Part shown: positions 1 to 12,982 of the stretch, one piece after another
How positions within the stretch are numbered: position 1 is the stretch's first letter
Layout of the letters: each line of letters opens with the position of its first letter
Assembly (NCBI GenBank): GCA_963575745.1
Contig: CAUYUJ010000224.1
Coordinates: 1 to 64,000, forward strand
Source of the DNA: Prorocentrum cordatum
Lineage: Eukaryota
DNA: 64,000 nt
Reading direction: 5' to 3'
Position numbers and translations under genes: made by a program
Notes under the pieces: generated by a model
Databases searched by the model: none
Told to the model about the DNA's origin: nothing
What the model saw: the letters and a program-made list of their open reading frames with translations, nothing else

Positions 1-1442
1 GATCTGAAGCGTGGGCGCTACCGTACATGGACATCAGATTCGAACCCTGTGGCCCAAGATGCCCCCCCCCCAGACCCCCCGAAGATGGACAAACAAGTGT
101 GAGCCTTGCCTCTGCCCCCTCCCCTCCCCCCACATTCAAAGATGTTCCCGGACGTTCAAGAGCGCAGGCTCGAAAGGACCAAAAACGTGGAACCCCCGGG
201 GCCTCTACCACGCCGGAGCCCAACTCTGAGTCGTGGGGGAGCGGGGGACGAGCACGGTGTCGACGACGAGGGCGGTCCACTGTTTTGCCCCCGCGGATCG
301 GGGCGGGCCGCCCCGAGACAGGAGGCCAGTGCCGCAGAATCCGGCGACGGAGCGCGCCGGTGTGGTACGCAGGCTGGGGCCCGTTGCCCAGCCACGCGCC
401 TCGAATCCGTGCTCGTGTCTCTCCTCGATCGGAGCTCACGCCCTCGAGCTCCTCCACGGGGTCTCCCTGGTGCCAGCGGGAGGCCCCTGGCAGGCCTGGG
501 CACAGAAAGGTGCCCCCCTCGCGAGGGGAGCGATGGGCGTGCCGATAGGAGGGCGAGCAAGTGCTGCAGCAGGCCCACGCGATGCGAAAGACCTCGCTGT
601 AAGAATGTGGGGGCACGTGCGCCGTCCAACCACAACCTGCCTGACAGGGGTGCCCAGAGACCCCTGTGGGTCTCTGGGTCCCTGGGGCCCTGGGGGAGCA
701 GCAGACTTTGCGGGGGGCCCTTAGCTGCAAGCCGGTTACTTGAAACCGAGACTCCAGAAAAACTTAAAGCAGAGAAATCTAAAAATATATGCGCGCTTGA
801 AAACTTTAGAGATTTGTCTAAATTCTTGTTGACGTGCCTACGACCGAAGGAAGCACAACGAGCATGTCACTCGCCTGGCCCCTGCCCGCCCACTCCGGCA
901 ATAGCGCCGTACATGACCCCGGCGCTCTCCCCGCGCGACGGGGAGGCGAGACCGCAAAGGGAAGGCAGCAGCGCCGAGGGAGAAGGGCATGAGCCCCAAC
1001 CCAGACTTCGAGCGGACTGAACTGTTCAATCCTGGCGTTTTTCTTCTGCTTCGTCATCAGGGTGCAATTTGAGGGCCCTGGGGCAGGCAAACATGGATCC
1101 GGGACATAAAAACTGTCCTGGGGGAAGATGTCGTGTCTTCTGAGTCCCGCGGATTGAACAAATCAACATGTCGGAAGTCAGGGGAGGTTTGACCGCTCGA
1201 ACGAGGTATGCCATCACCGACCCCGAGGGACACATGTCCCGAGGAAGAACGGGTCCTAGACTCTGGGGCTCGCTCCAGGACTGGCTTTTCATCCCGAGTC
1301 GTATTCTGACGGCCCTGCGGTCCAGGGAGCCCTGAGGGAGCCCGAACACGGCGAAAAGCGTCAGGACCCCTTGTCTCGGGACCCCTTTTCTTCGTGGTGG
1401 TCGCCCTGCCTCCGTCTGCTCGCTGGTGTCCTCGCGCCTCAC

Positions 1443-1613
1443 CTTCGGCGACAGCGCCGCGTCCAGTATCCAGCTGTCCCCGTCTGTCCACTGCAGGGCG
1501 TCCCCCGCCGACACGAGCTGCGCAGTGTAGGTCTCGCCATCGTCCACCACGGTGAACATGTGGCTGTCGAACGTGCGCATTATCCAGATGGTGCCGTCGG
1601 GCCAGCTGATCTC
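1443..1613 (-). CDS. Exon of an uncharacterised W-x-DG motif protein (EISWPDGTIWIMRTFDSHMFTVVDDGETYTAQLVSAGDALQWTDGDSWILDAALSPK)
   Basis: 171 nt, phase 0/0, acceptor AAG|G and donor AAG|GTGAGG. High GC3 and two similar motifs (ISWPDG, LQWTDGDSW). Confidence 0.75.
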
Positions 1614-1817
1614 CTTTCGGGCTGGGCGAAAGGGGGGGATAGCAAAGGGGGGGTCTGAGAATCAGCTCACGTAATTAGCTGATTTTCCCAGCGCCTCCCG
1701 GCGCCGGAGGCGGCTATGTATCGAGGAATGGGCCCCTCGGTGGGGCCGAAACCAGCTGCATGCAGTAGATTTCGTAACCCCCCCTTTCCCTATCCCCCGC
1801 TTTCGTTTGGCCCGATC

Positions 1818-1883
1818 CTTGCCCCGGATTGTCACCTTGTCCATGTCCTGGGTGACCCAATACCCGTCGAACTGCGGTGCGGC
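1818..1883 (-). CDS. Preceding exon of the same gene (AAPQFDGYWVTQDMDKVTIRGK)
   Basis: 66 nt, acceptor CAG|G and non-canonical donor AAG|GA. Joins in frame to give FDGYW...VTIRGK-EISWPDG. Confidence 0.65.
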
Positions 1884-2409
1884 CTGTGCCGGTGGCGCCG
1901 GCCGCGGCCGGCGCCGGGCCGGAATGGCCGACTGCACAAAACGCATCCGCTGGTGTGCCCGCCGTCGTCGTCCCCCGCCGGGCTCAACTTCCCCATCCCT
2001 CGAGGGTGAGGCCCTCTCTGGGACGCCTCAAGGACGCTGCGATGCCCGCCTCAAGCGTCATGGCACCTCTTCGTCTCAAGGAGTCCCGCTCCCACCCCGC
2101 CAGTGAGCTCCCTCATCCATCGGCTCCGAAAGAGCGAGTGGCGCCCGATGCGGCCGGAGGGATCCTCACCCTTGGTGGATGGGCTGTGGTTGCTCCCGTC
2201 TCGACTTCAGGCCCCTTCGAGTTCTCAATGCTGAAAATATCGTGGCCGAGGACGAGAAATCCAGGCCGCCCCTCACGGAATCCATGGGCGACCCCGGGCG
2301 CTCCCGGGGCTTCTCGCGCGACTTCCCTCGGTATTATGGGAGCGTGGCTGGGAGTCCAAACTTCCAACATGCTCTGAGATTGTTGTTTATTGCCGTTACC
2401 ATCTGCTCG

Positions 2410-2910
2410 TGCTCTTCCTCTTCCTCTTCCTCCTCCTTCTCCTCCTCCTCCTCCTCCTCCTCCTCCTCCTCCTCCTCCTCCTCTCCCTCCCCCCCTGGCG
2501 CTGATACGCTTTTAGGGTTAATTCGTATCGTTCTATGCTCCATTCCAGAAGCCCGCAGTGGACAGAGTGACGAGTGGATCGGCAGGATTAACAAAATACG
2601 TAGCACCCCGCAATTGCGGATAAGAGTGAGGGGGCGGGCGCGGGCGACGCGGGCGTCGTCGAGCCGGCGGACCTCGTGGCCCCCACCTTCCCTGTCAATG
2701 GCGTTCTCCTCCTCCTCCTCCTCCTCACCCTCATCCTCCTCCTCCTCTTCCTCCTCGTCCTCGTCCTCATCGTCATCGTCATCCTCCTCCACCACCTCGT
2801 CCTCCTCCTCGTCCTCCTCTTCATCCTCGTCCTCCCTCTCCCCCCCTCGTCCTTTCATCATCGTCCTCCCATTGTCGTCCTCCCCCTCATCGGCCTCCAT
2901 CATCGTCCTC
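2410..2910. repeat. (CCT)n / (TCC,TCG,TCA)n low-complexity tracts
   Basis: Visible trinucleotide runs at about 2410-2490 and 2705-2910. Confidence 0.9.
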
Positions 2911-2919
2911 CCAGCATTG

Positions 2920-3515
2920 GTTTGTTCAGTGAATGTGGTTTAGGTCGCGGGTGGGTCGCGGGCGCTCCACCTCCACCTGGAAGGAATGCAAAAGATGCCC
3001 GCCGCAGGCGCCAAAAAAATTGGTTTGTACACTGAACGTGGTTTGGGTCGCGGGTGGGCCGCGGGTTCTCCACCGGGAACGAATGCAAAAGATGCCCGCC
3101 GCAGGCGCCGAAAAATGTGGTTTGTACCCTGAACGTGGTTTGGGTCGCGGGTTGGTCGCGAGTTGGTCACGGGGTGGGTCGCGGGCTCTCCACCTGGAAA
3201 GAATGCAAAAAAAACCCGCCGCAGGCGCCGAAAATGGTGGTTTGTACCTTGAACGTGGTTTGGGTCGCGGGTGGGTCGCGGGTCGGTCGCGGGGTGGGTC
3301 GCGGGTGGGTCGCGGGTGGGTCGCGGGTGGGTCGCGGGTGGGTCGCGGGTGGGTCGCGGGGTGGGCCGCGGGCGGGTCGCGGGGTGGGTCGCGGGGTGGG
3401 TCGCGGGGTGGGTCGCGGGGTGGGTCGCGGGGTGGGTCGCGGGTGGGTCGCGGGTGGGTCGCGGGTGGGTCGCGGGGTGGGTCGCGGGTGGGTCGCGGGG
3501 CGGGTTGCGGGTGGG
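2920..3515. repeat. Tandem repeat of about 100-120 bp grading into an 11-12 bp (GGGTCGCGGGT)n minisatellite
   Basis: The motif gaacgtggtttgggtcgcggg...gaatgcaaaa...cccgccgcaggcgcc recurs three times, followed by a gggtcgcgg(g)t array. Confidence 0.9.
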
Positions 3516-3519
3516 ACGA

Positions 3520-3716
3520 CGACAACAAACAACAAACAACAAACAACAAACAACAAACAACAAACAACAAACAACAAACAACAACCAACAACCAACCACC
3601 AACAACCAACAACCAACACACAACAAACAACAAACAACAAACAACAAACAACAAACAACAAACAACAAACAACAAACAACAAACAACAAACAACAAACAA
3701 CAAACAACAAAAACAA

Positions 3717-3764
<48 letters not shown>
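3520..3764 (+). repeat. (CAAACAA)n then (CAA)n microsatellite
   Basis: Direct reading. Confidence 0.95.
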
Positions 3765-3765
<1 letters not shown>

Positions 3766-4544
3766 CATTTAAGACTGGGGACACTCCGTTCTCACCAGTG
3801 CCAGGGTTTTCATAGGAGGCGGGCAATACCCCCATTTTGTGGGGGGGCCGGTTCAAGCTCTACCAAATTTCCATACGACTCTTCGCCACCACCCACACCC
3901 AGCTTCCCGCCCTATGACGTTCGGACACTTCACTTCGTGGCATGCGGACGACCGTGGCTACTATTCAGGGCCCCGCGGCCGACGACGACGGCGTGCGCGC
4001 GCGAAGAAGAAACGAATGTGTCCCGCATGGTATTATTTGACAGGGATGATGGCCCTGGCAGGTGCGCAACCGTTGTTGCAGAAGTTCGAAAAAGTTGCTC
4101 GCAAAGCCCGTTTGACAGAAATGTTGAAAAAATATTGGGTTTCCTCAGAAATCCGCAAGAGCGCGCGGGATGAATGTTTGAAACTTTTTTTTTGAAAAAC
4201 CATTGGGTTTTTCATGTTTTTATGTTAAAATCGCTACGGAAACTAAGGTTTTGGAAGGATTTCATCTTGCGCGCGCGAGTGTGCACTTCGTGTCATTTTT
4301 TGTCAAAGGATTCTTGAAGTTTGGTTATGTTAGAACAAAAAAAATCATTTTATAGTGTTTTTTGCAAGGGAAAGCAGGCGTCAACAAAACAACCAGGATC
4401 CGGAAACTCTGCGAGTTATGCCTGAAGATTTCCTCACGAAAAATGAATGAATATGTTGGCCTGCGGCCTAGGCGCTCGAGGGGGGGCGTGCCGCGCACCA
4501 GTGGATCCAACAATAATTACCTCATTTAGAATAAAATACTTTAT
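3765..4544. mobile_element. (CAA)n-flanked non-coding interspersed element, family A copy 1
   Basis: Highly similar to 12177-12925. Begins tcatttaagactg, ends ...caacaataattac..., with (CAA)n on both sides. Confidence 0.75.
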
Positions 4545-4587
4545 CAACAACAACAACAACAACAACAATCAACAACAACAACAACAA

Positions 4588-5740
4588 TCATTTTACCCGA
4601 ACGCTCAGTGTTCTCACCAGTGCCAGTGTTTTCATGCGACGCGAGACAATACCCCCACTTCGTGGGGGGGCAGTTCAAGCTCTACCAAATATCCAAACGA
4701 CTCTTCGCGACCACCCAAACCCAGCTTCCCGCCCTATGACGTTGGGACACTTCACTTCGTGGCGTGCGGACGACCGTGGCTACTACACTGGCGTGGGGTA
4801 CACACCCACAGAACTTGGTCACTTATTCGGGGCGCGCGTGTGCCCAGCATCCTGCAATTGTGACATACAATACATGACACAGACAGACAGAGAGAGAGAC
4901 AGAGAGCAGACAGAGAGAGAGACAGAGAGAGCGGAGTTGGTCACATTTTTTGGGGCAAGTTCCTGAGATCGTCGTGTTTTTTGTTGGTCTTGCGCGCGCG
5001 AATGTCCACTTTACTTTTTTTTTGCAAGGGATGTTGAAATTTGATTATGTAAGAACAAGAAAAAGTAGCTCGCGCGAGCTTATGTAACATAAATGTTGAA
5101 AAACCATTGGTTTTGTGGGAGTCGGACAGCGCGCGCGGGATGAAATTTGGACATTTTGTTTTGAAAAACCATTGGCTTTTTGATGTTTTTATGTTGAAAT
5201 CGTTACGAAACCTAAGGTTCTGGAAGGATTTCGTCTTGCGCGCGCGAATGTCCACTTTACCTTATTTTTTGCAAGGGATTATTGAAATTTGATTATGTTA
5301 GAACAAGAAAAAGTAGCTCGCGCGAGCTCATGTAACATAAATGTTGAAAAACCATTGGTTTTGTGGGATTCGGACAGCGCGCGCGGAAGGACATTTTGAC
5401 AATTTTTTCTTAAAAAACCATTGGGTTTTTGATGTTTTTATGTTAAAATCGCTACGAAACCTAAGGTTTTGGAAGGATTTCGTCTTGCGCGCACGAATGT
5501 CCACTTTACCTTATTTTTTGCAAGGGATTCTTGCAATTTGATCAAGTAAAACAAGAATTTTCATTTTATAGTGTTTTTTGCAAGGGAAAACGAGCGTCAA
5601 CAAAAAACCGGATCCGGAGCTCAATCGTTTTCCTGAACTTCCTCGCGAAAATGATGAAAATGTAGCTGCGGCCTAGGCGCGGCGCAGAGGTCGCGCACCA
5701 GGGGTCCCAACAATAATAATTCTTTAGAAGGAATAATATT
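4588..5740. mobile_element. Family A composite copy with an internal duplication of about 250 bp
   Basis: Family A left module at 4588-4800. The block tcttgcgcgcgcgaatgtccactttac recurs near 4988, 5235 and 5484. Ends cccaacaataataattctttagaa-(CAA)n. Confidence 0.7.
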
Positions 5741-5741
5741 C

Positions 5742-5782
<41 letters not shown>

Positions 5783-5819
5783 AAACAACAAAAACAACAA
5801 TAATAATAATAGTAATAAT

Positions 5820-6812
5820 CCTAAGGCTGTTCGCCCTCATATGCTCCAGTGTCCAGTAACGCGTATTTCCCAAACCCTCGATACCCGCCCCCTTCGTCTT
5901 CGATCGAACCCCTTTTGGGGGATATACCTTTCTTCCCTGCAGGCCGGGCCCTGGCAAACGGCGGGGCGGCCGCGGACCGTCGGCCTGGCCAGCGGCAGCG
6001 CTGATCGGCGGGGCGGCCGCGGACCGTCGACCCGACCCCAAGAGGGACGGACAGGGGACCGACCACGACGACGACGACGACGACGTCGACGACGTCGAAG
6101 ACGACGGCGACGACGACGACCACGACGACGAGCGAAAGCGAGAGCGAGAGAGAACGACAGCAGGGCCACGAAGGGCACGAAGTAGGCCACGAAGGGCGAC
6201 AGCGGGGACACGAAGGGAATGCGTGTGGGGCCACGAAGAGCGCGAACGAGCGGGGCCACGAAATGCAGATAATGCGGGGCCACAGAACGCAACTATGGGG
6301 CCACTAAGGGTAGCAACTGGGCCACGTAGGACAGTGAGGGGGACACAAATTGCGACAGCGGGGCCACGAAGGGCATGCACATGGGGCCACAACGGGCGCG
6401 ACTCCTGGGTGCCTGGGTGTCGGGAGCGCGGCGCTTGGGCAAATTGCAAGAAATTCCAACGCAAGGCCATTCTGCAGTAAGTTGCGAGCAAGTCTCCAGC
6501 GAGAGCGCGACCCCAGAACGCCAGGAGAACGATTCCTGCATAAATTGTAAGGAAATCCCAAGCGAGAGCGCGATTCCTGAATAAAATGCGAGGACGTCTC
6601 GGGCGGGAGCGGGGGCCCTGGCTAAATTGTAAGGAAGTCTCAGGCAGGAGCCGTTGTTGTTGTAAGACGGGGGCCAGGGGGCCAGTTTGAGCAGGAAGGT
6701 TTTCCCTGTCAAAAAACAAGGTGCCAGCGCCGAGGGGCACACTTTGATTCAGAAACAACAATATGCACCGGTGGGGGGGGATCAACAATAATTATTCTTC
6801 AGAAATGAGAAT
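5820..6812. mobile_element. (CAA)n-flanked non-coding element, family B copy 1
   Basis: Collinear and highly similar to 32015-33000. Ends gggggatcaacaataattattcttcagaaatgagaatt-(CAA)n. Confidence 0.75.
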
Positions 6813-6840
6813 TCAACAACAACAACAACAACAACAACAA

Positions 6841-7070
6841 TCACTTTACCCGAACGCTCAGTGTTCTCACCAGTGCCAGGGTTTTCATGCGACGCCAGCC
6901 AATACCCCCACTTTGTGGGGGGGCAGTGCAAGCTCTACCAAATATCCACACGACTCTTCGCCACCACCCACACCCAGCTTCCCGCCCTATGACGTTCGGA
7001 CACTTCACTTCGTGGCCTGCGGACGACCGTGGCTACTACACTGGCGTGGAGTACACACCCACAGAAGTTG
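6841..7070. mobile_element. Family A left module (truncated)
   Basis: Matches 4588-4812 and is followed by three short cacagaagttgttaagcct duplications. Confidence 0.7.
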
Positions 7071-7274
7071 TTAAGCCTACGTTCGTACACCCACAGAAGT
7101 TGTTAAGCCTTGTTAACCCACAGAAGTTGTTAAGCCTTCCACAGAACATCTGTTGCATATGATGCATATGGTACATGATACACATGATACACATGATACG
7201 TACTCACAAGATAGTTGATCACATCTTTAGGGCAAATTCCTGAGGGATGTGGGAATACACAAGAGAGAGAGGAT

Positions 7275-7490
7275 ATGGTTGTCCCGATGGTTGTCTCGAT
7301 GGTTGTCCCGATGGTTGTCCTGATGGTTGTGGTTGTCCCGATCGTTGTCCCGATGATTGTCCCGATGGTTGTCCTGATGGTTGTGCTTGTCCCGATCGTT
7401 GTCCCGATGACTGTCCCGATGATTGTCCCGATGGTTGTCCCGATGGTTGTTCCGATGGTTGCCCCGATGGTTGTCCCGATGGTTGTGAGC
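7275..7490. repeat. 12-bp minisatellite (GATGGTTGTCCC)n
   Basis: Direct reading. Confidence 0.95.
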
Positions 7491-7630
7491 GATGCCGGAT
7501 CCTCACGCCCCCCGCCGGAGGAGGAGGAGGAGGAGGAGCAGGACAAGGAGGAAAGGAGAGAAGAGAGAATGGAAGGAGGGGCGGGAACGGCGCTTGCACG
7601 CCCACCCACCGTCTTTTCCCCGCCGCGGCT

Positions 7631-7825
7631 CTAAAGAGACGAGTTCGTGTGCTCGTCATCTTCTGGCATACGCCCGTCCCTGATGGCACGGACGGGGCGC
7701 AATGCTGCCAGCTGGGCTCCTGGCAGAAATACATCAGGGGCCAAGTGTCCAAGCATGGTGCCGATACGCCTCCTCACGGATACATCGCCCGTGCGTGCGA
7801 GGGGCGCCAATACCGCCAGGACGCC
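7631..7825 (-). CDS. Candidate terminal exon (GVLAVLAPLARTGDVSVRRRIGTMLGHLAPDVF...TNSSL*)
   Basis: Unique-sequence island among repeats, acceptor CAG|G, open to TAG. The in-register plus-strand frame is also open with high GC3, so the strand is uncertain. Confidence 0.35.
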   Translation of the reverse strand, partial: GVLAVLAPLARTGDVSVRRRIGTMLGHLAPDVFLPGAQLAALRPVRAIRDGRMPEDDEHTNSSL

Positions 7826-8089
7826 CTGGACATGCGCCGGCATACGCAGATCCACGCAGATCCACTTTGGGGGGCTTCTTGGAAGCATCTTGGGGCCTCT
7901 TGGGGGCTTATTGGGTCCTCACGGCGGGCTCTTGGGGCCTCTTGAAGGCCTCCTGGGGCAACCTATGGCGCAACCAGTAGGGGGACGTTTTATTCTCGGC
8001 GGCCGAGGGCGCAACCTATGGCGCAACCAATAGGGGGACGTTTTATTCTCGGCGGCCGAGGGCGCAACCTATGGCGCAACCGCAAGGGA

Positions 8090-8862
8090 TTGTGGCCCCT
8101 GGCAGGCGCGCGAACCCCGTTGCAAGAGCGTGCGAAAGTAGCTCGCGCGAGCTCATGTAACATAAATGTTGGAAAACCATTGGTTTTTTTAGGATTCGGA
8201 CAGCGCGCGCGGGTAGAAATTTTGAAAAGTCGTGCAGGTGTTTTTCGAGGACCTACGGTGCGATTCGTGTGATTTTATGATGCGCGGTGCTAAAATTCTT
8301 AAGAAGCCCAATGGTTTTTGGAGATTTCGGCGTGCGCGCGCGAAGAAAAAACGAATGTGTCCCGCATGGTATTATTTGACAGGGATGATGGCCCTGGCAG
8401 GTGCGCAACCGTTGTCGCAGAAGTTCGAAAAAGTTGCTCGCAAAAGCCCGTTTGACAGAAATGTTTAAAAAGTGTTGGGTTTCCTACGAATCCGCAAGAG
8501 CGCGCGGGATGAGATTTTGACATTTTTTGTTGAAAAACCATTGGTTTTTTGATGTTTTTATGTTAAAATCGCTGCGAACACTAAGGTTTTGGAAGGATTT
8601 CGTCTTGCGCGCGCGAATGTCCACTTTACCTTATTTTTTGCAAGGGATTCTTGAAATTTGATTATATTAGAACAAGAAATGTCATTTTCTATTGTTTTTT
8701 GCAAGGGAAAGCGGATTACAACAAAACAACCGGATCCTGTACACACCCTCTTTTCTGAGGCTTCCTCACGAAAATGATGAAAATGTAGCTGCGGCCTAGG
8801 CGGCGCAGGGGGGGCGCGCACCAGGGGGCCCAACAATAATTATTCTTTAGAATAAATAATGT
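8090..8862. mobile_element. Family A right portion
   Basis: Matches 12390-12925. Ends cccaacaataattattctttagaataaataatgtt-(CAA)n. Confidence 0.7.
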
Positions 8863-9139
8863 TCAACAACAACAACAACACCACCACCAACAACAACAAC
8901 AACAACAACAAGGACAGGGACATTCCCTGGGCCCCGGCGCTCGGGCTCTTCCAGCGCTCTCCTCCTTTGGGGGGCAGGGACCCTTCCCAGGCCCCGGAGC
9001 GTCCGGGGAACCCCCCCCCCACCGGAACAACACAACACATCAACGGTCCGGGTTTAATTAAAGAACAAAAAACTCCATCTCTATCAGAGGTGGATCCGTC
9101 CTTCATGCCATGTTGCAATGTCTGCACCAGCGAAGCTCT

Positions 9140-10682
9140 GGAATCCTATGGGAATCCTACGAATCCTATAGGAATCCGAAGGGGAATCCTACGAATCCTA
9201 TAGGAATCCGATAGGATTCCTATGAATCCGATGGGAATCCTATAGGAATCCTTTATAGGTCTTATATAAATCCTGTAGGAATCCTTAAAAAAAACCTATA
9301 GGGATCATATGAATCCTATACGAATCCTATAGGAATCCGATGGAAACTCTATGAATCCTATATGGATCCTGTAGGAATCCTATAGGAAGCCTACAGGAAT
9401 CCTATGAACCCTGCACGAATCCCAAAGGAATCCTATAGGAACCTTATAGGGATCCGATGAATCCTATACGAATCCTTTTAGAATCCTATGGGGATACTGT
9501 GAATCCTATATGAATCCCACAGGAATCCCTTGGGAATCCCATGAACCCGATACGAATCCTATAGGAATCCAATGAACCCTATATGAATCCTGTAGGAAGT
9601 CTATAGGAAGCCTAAAGGAATCATATGAATCCTATACGTATCCCATAGGAATCCCATCGGATCCAAAAAGAAACCTATAGGAATCCCAAGAATCCTATAA
9701 GAATCCTATAAGAATCCTATAAATCCTATACGAATCCTTAGGAATCCCATAGGAGTCCTACGAATCCTGTAGGAATCCGATAGGAACCGTGTAAGGATCC
9801 TATGAATCCTATACGAACCCTACGGGGATCCCATGGTAATCCTGTGCGAATCCTATGCGAATCCTATGGGAATCCTATAGGCATCCTATACGCCTCCTAT
9901 ACGAATCCTATAGGAAACCTATAGGTCCTATATGAATCCTCTAGGAATCCTATAGGAACCCGGTAGGGACCTTATGAATCCTATACGAATACCATAGGAT
10001 TCCGATTGGAATTCTATAGTAAGCCTATTAATCGTATCGGAATCTTATAGGAATCCAATGAATCCTGTACGAGTCCCATTAGAATCCTACAGGAACCCTA
10101 TACGAATCCTATTAGAATCCGATCGGAATCTTACGAATCCTATATGAATCTTGTAGGAATCCGATAGGAAGCCTACAGGAATCCTATGAACCCTGCACGA
10201 ATCCCAAAAGAATCATATAGGCATCCTAAGAATCCTAAAGGAATCCCATAGGAATCCTATGAATCCTATACGAATCCTTAGGATTCCAATAAAACTCAAA
10301 TGAATCCTATATGAATCCTGTAGGAATCCCATAGGAACGCTATAGGGATCCGATGAATCCTATACGAATCCTATGGGAATCCTGTGGGAATTCCATGAAT
10401 CCTAAGCGAATCCTATAGGAATCCCCTAGGAATCGTATGAATCCTGTACGATTCCTATAGGAATCCTATAGGTCATACATGAATCCTGTAGGAATCCTAT
10501 AGGAATCCTATAGGGACCCGATGGAATCCGATACGAATCCTATAGGGATCCTGTAGGCATTCTATGAATCTTATACGAATCCTATAGGAGTCCCATAGGA
10601 GTCCTATGAATCCTGAACGAACCCTATAGGCATCCCAGCGGAATCCTATGAATCCTATACAAATCCAATGCGAATCCTATAG
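9140..10682. repeat. Degenerate (GGAATCCTATA)-type satellite, 10-12 bp unit
   Basis: About 1.5 kb of gaatcctata/ggaatcc variants. Related tracts at 38750-38925 and 40705-40745. Confidence 0.95.
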
Positions 10683-10776
10683 GGCCGGTGGATTGTGAGA
10701 AAGTCTCAGGCGGGAGCCTTCGGCGTTGTTGCTGTTGGGGGGGAGGCAGCCCGGGGCACGACGCGCGTCCCTATTC

Positions 10777-10811
<35 letters not shown>

Positions 10812-10906
10812 ACAAACAAACAAACAAACAAACAAACAAACAAACAAACAAACAAACAAACAAACAAACAAACAAACAACAACAGCAACAACAACAATAG
10901 CAACAA

Positions 10907-12086
10907 TCATTTTAAGACTGTTCGCTCTTACTTGCCCGCGTGCCATGCAGAGTGTATACCCACGCCCTCGATACCCGCCCCCTTCGTCTTCGAGCGTACC
11001 CCCTTATGGGGGGATTATTTCTTTTTGCGGGGGCGGGCGGGCTTAGACAAGCGGGCGTGAACGGGCGGGGAATTATTCGGAGGATGGGGCACGCATCTCT
11101 TTGCCCACCATTGGAATTAGCGCGGGCCCTGCAAGAAGAGGAAGGGGGAGAACGAGGGAGAGTGGGAGGAAGGGAGGGGGAGGGACGAGGCTAAAGGGGA
11201 ACACGCCAGGAGAGAGGGGGCGAGGAGGGGGGGGGACGATTGGAGATAGAGAGACAGAGGAGGGAGGAAGGAGGAGGCTGGAGAAGGGAGGGCGAAGAGA
11301 GGAGGGAGGAGGGTTATGGGAGGAGGGTGAGGGGAGAGAGGAAGAGGGAGGAGGAGGGTGGATTTGAGGGAGAGGGGAGGGAGGAGGGAGGTTGGATGGG
11401 GAGGAAGGGGCAGGAGGGTAAGAGTCTGAACGTTCGAGGAAGTCCTAGGCGAGGGCGTATTCCTCAAGGAAGAGTTGGGCGGGAGCGGGGGTCCCGAATA
11501 CATTGTCGGACGTCTCAGGCGGGAGCGCCGGTCGGGCGGGCGGACCCTGACGGGCGGGTCGGGCGGGCGGTACATTCAAACTGTATTTTTGCGCAAATTG
11601 CGAGGAAGTATTAAGCGAGAGCGCGATTCCTATGTAAATTGCGAGGGCGTCCTTGGCGCGAGCGTGGTTCCTGAGCGTCGAGAACGCGATGCTGCAATAA
11701 ATTGCGAGGAAGTCCTAAGCGAGAGCGCCATTCCTGAGTAAATTGTGAAGAAGTCTCGGGCGGGAGCAGGGGTCCTGATTAAGGAAGTCTCAAGCGGGAG
11801 CGCCGCTTCTGAATAAAATGTGAAAAAGTCTGAAGCGGGAGCGCCCTTCCAGAGTAAATTTTGAGGAAGTCTCAGGCGGGAGCGGGGGTCCTGAGTAAAT
11901 TGTGAGGAAGTCTCAGGCGGGAGCCGTTGTTGTTGTAGTCCGGGGCCCAACAACGCAATCTGATCCGCAAGGTTTTCCCTGTCAAAGAACAGGGTGCGAG
12001 CCCCGGAGGAAGCACTTCAATTGAAAAAACCAATGGGCACCGGACAGGGGGGATCAACAATAATTATTCTTCAGAAATGAGAATTC
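10907..12086. mobile_element. Family B copy 2 (purine-rich insert)
   Basis: Left end tcattttaagactgttcgctc, right end ggggggatcaacaataattattcttcagaaatgagaatt, (CAA)n flanks. Confidence 0.7.
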
Positions 12087-12176
12087 AACAGCAACAGCAA
12101 CAGCAACAACAGCAACAACAATAACAACCACAACCAAAACCACAACAACAACAACAGCAACAACAACTACTAGCAC

Positions 12177-12925
12177 GTGGGGACACTCCGTTCTCACCAG
12201 TGCCAGGGTTTTCATAGGAGGCGGGCAATACCCCCACTTTGTGGGGGGGCCGGTTCAAGCTCTACCAAATTTCCAAACGACTCTTCGCCACCACCCACAC
12301 CCAGCTTCCCGCCCTATGACGTTCGGACACTTCACTTCGTGGCATGCGGACGACCGTGGCTACTATTCAGGGCCCCGCGGCCGACGACGACGGCGTGCGC
12401 GCGCGAAGAAAAAACGAATGTGTCCCGCATGGTATTATTTGACAGGGATGATGGCCCTGGCAGGTGCGCAACCGTTGTTGCAGAAGTTCGAAAAAGTTGC
12501 TCGCAAAAGCCCGTTTGACAGAAATGTTTAAAAAGTGTTGGGTTTCCTACGAATCCGCAAGAGCGCGCGGGATGAAATTTTGACATTTTTTGTTGAAAAA
12601 CCATTGGTTTTTTGATGTTTTTATGTTAAAATCGCTACGAAACTAAGGTTTTGGAAGGATTTCGTCTTGCGCGCGCGAATGTCCACTTTACCTTATTTTT
12701 GCAAGGGATTCTTGAAGTTTGGTTATGTTAGAACAAGAAATGTCAACTTTAGCTTATTTTTTGCAAGGGAAAACGGGGGACAACAAAACAACCGGATCCG
12801 GACTCCCCCGTTTTGCCTGAGACTTCCTCACGAAAATGATGAAAATGTGGCTGCGGCCTAGGCGCGGCGGGGGGGCCATGCACCAGGGGCCCCAACAATA
12901 ATTATTCTTTAAAAGTAATAATGTT
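12177..12925. mobile_element. Family A copy
   Basis: Near-duplicate of 3776-4544 (same spurious ORF translations). Confidence 0.75.
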
Positions 12926-12982
12926 CAACAACAACAACAACGGCAACAGCAACAGCAACAGCAACAGCAAAATCAGCAACAA

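Noticed and set aside
1..1020. Overlapping GC-rich ORFs at the window start
   Set aside because: No recognisable motifs or convincing exon boundaries.
9100..9136. Possible extra exon (ASLVQTLQHGMK) linking the 17939 and 7825 exons
   Set aside because: Phase-compatible, but it needs an AG|A acceptor and a GA donor and has no independent support.
9140..10682. Telomeric repeat
   Set aside because: The unit is GGAATCCTATA-like, not TTTAGGG/TTAGGG.
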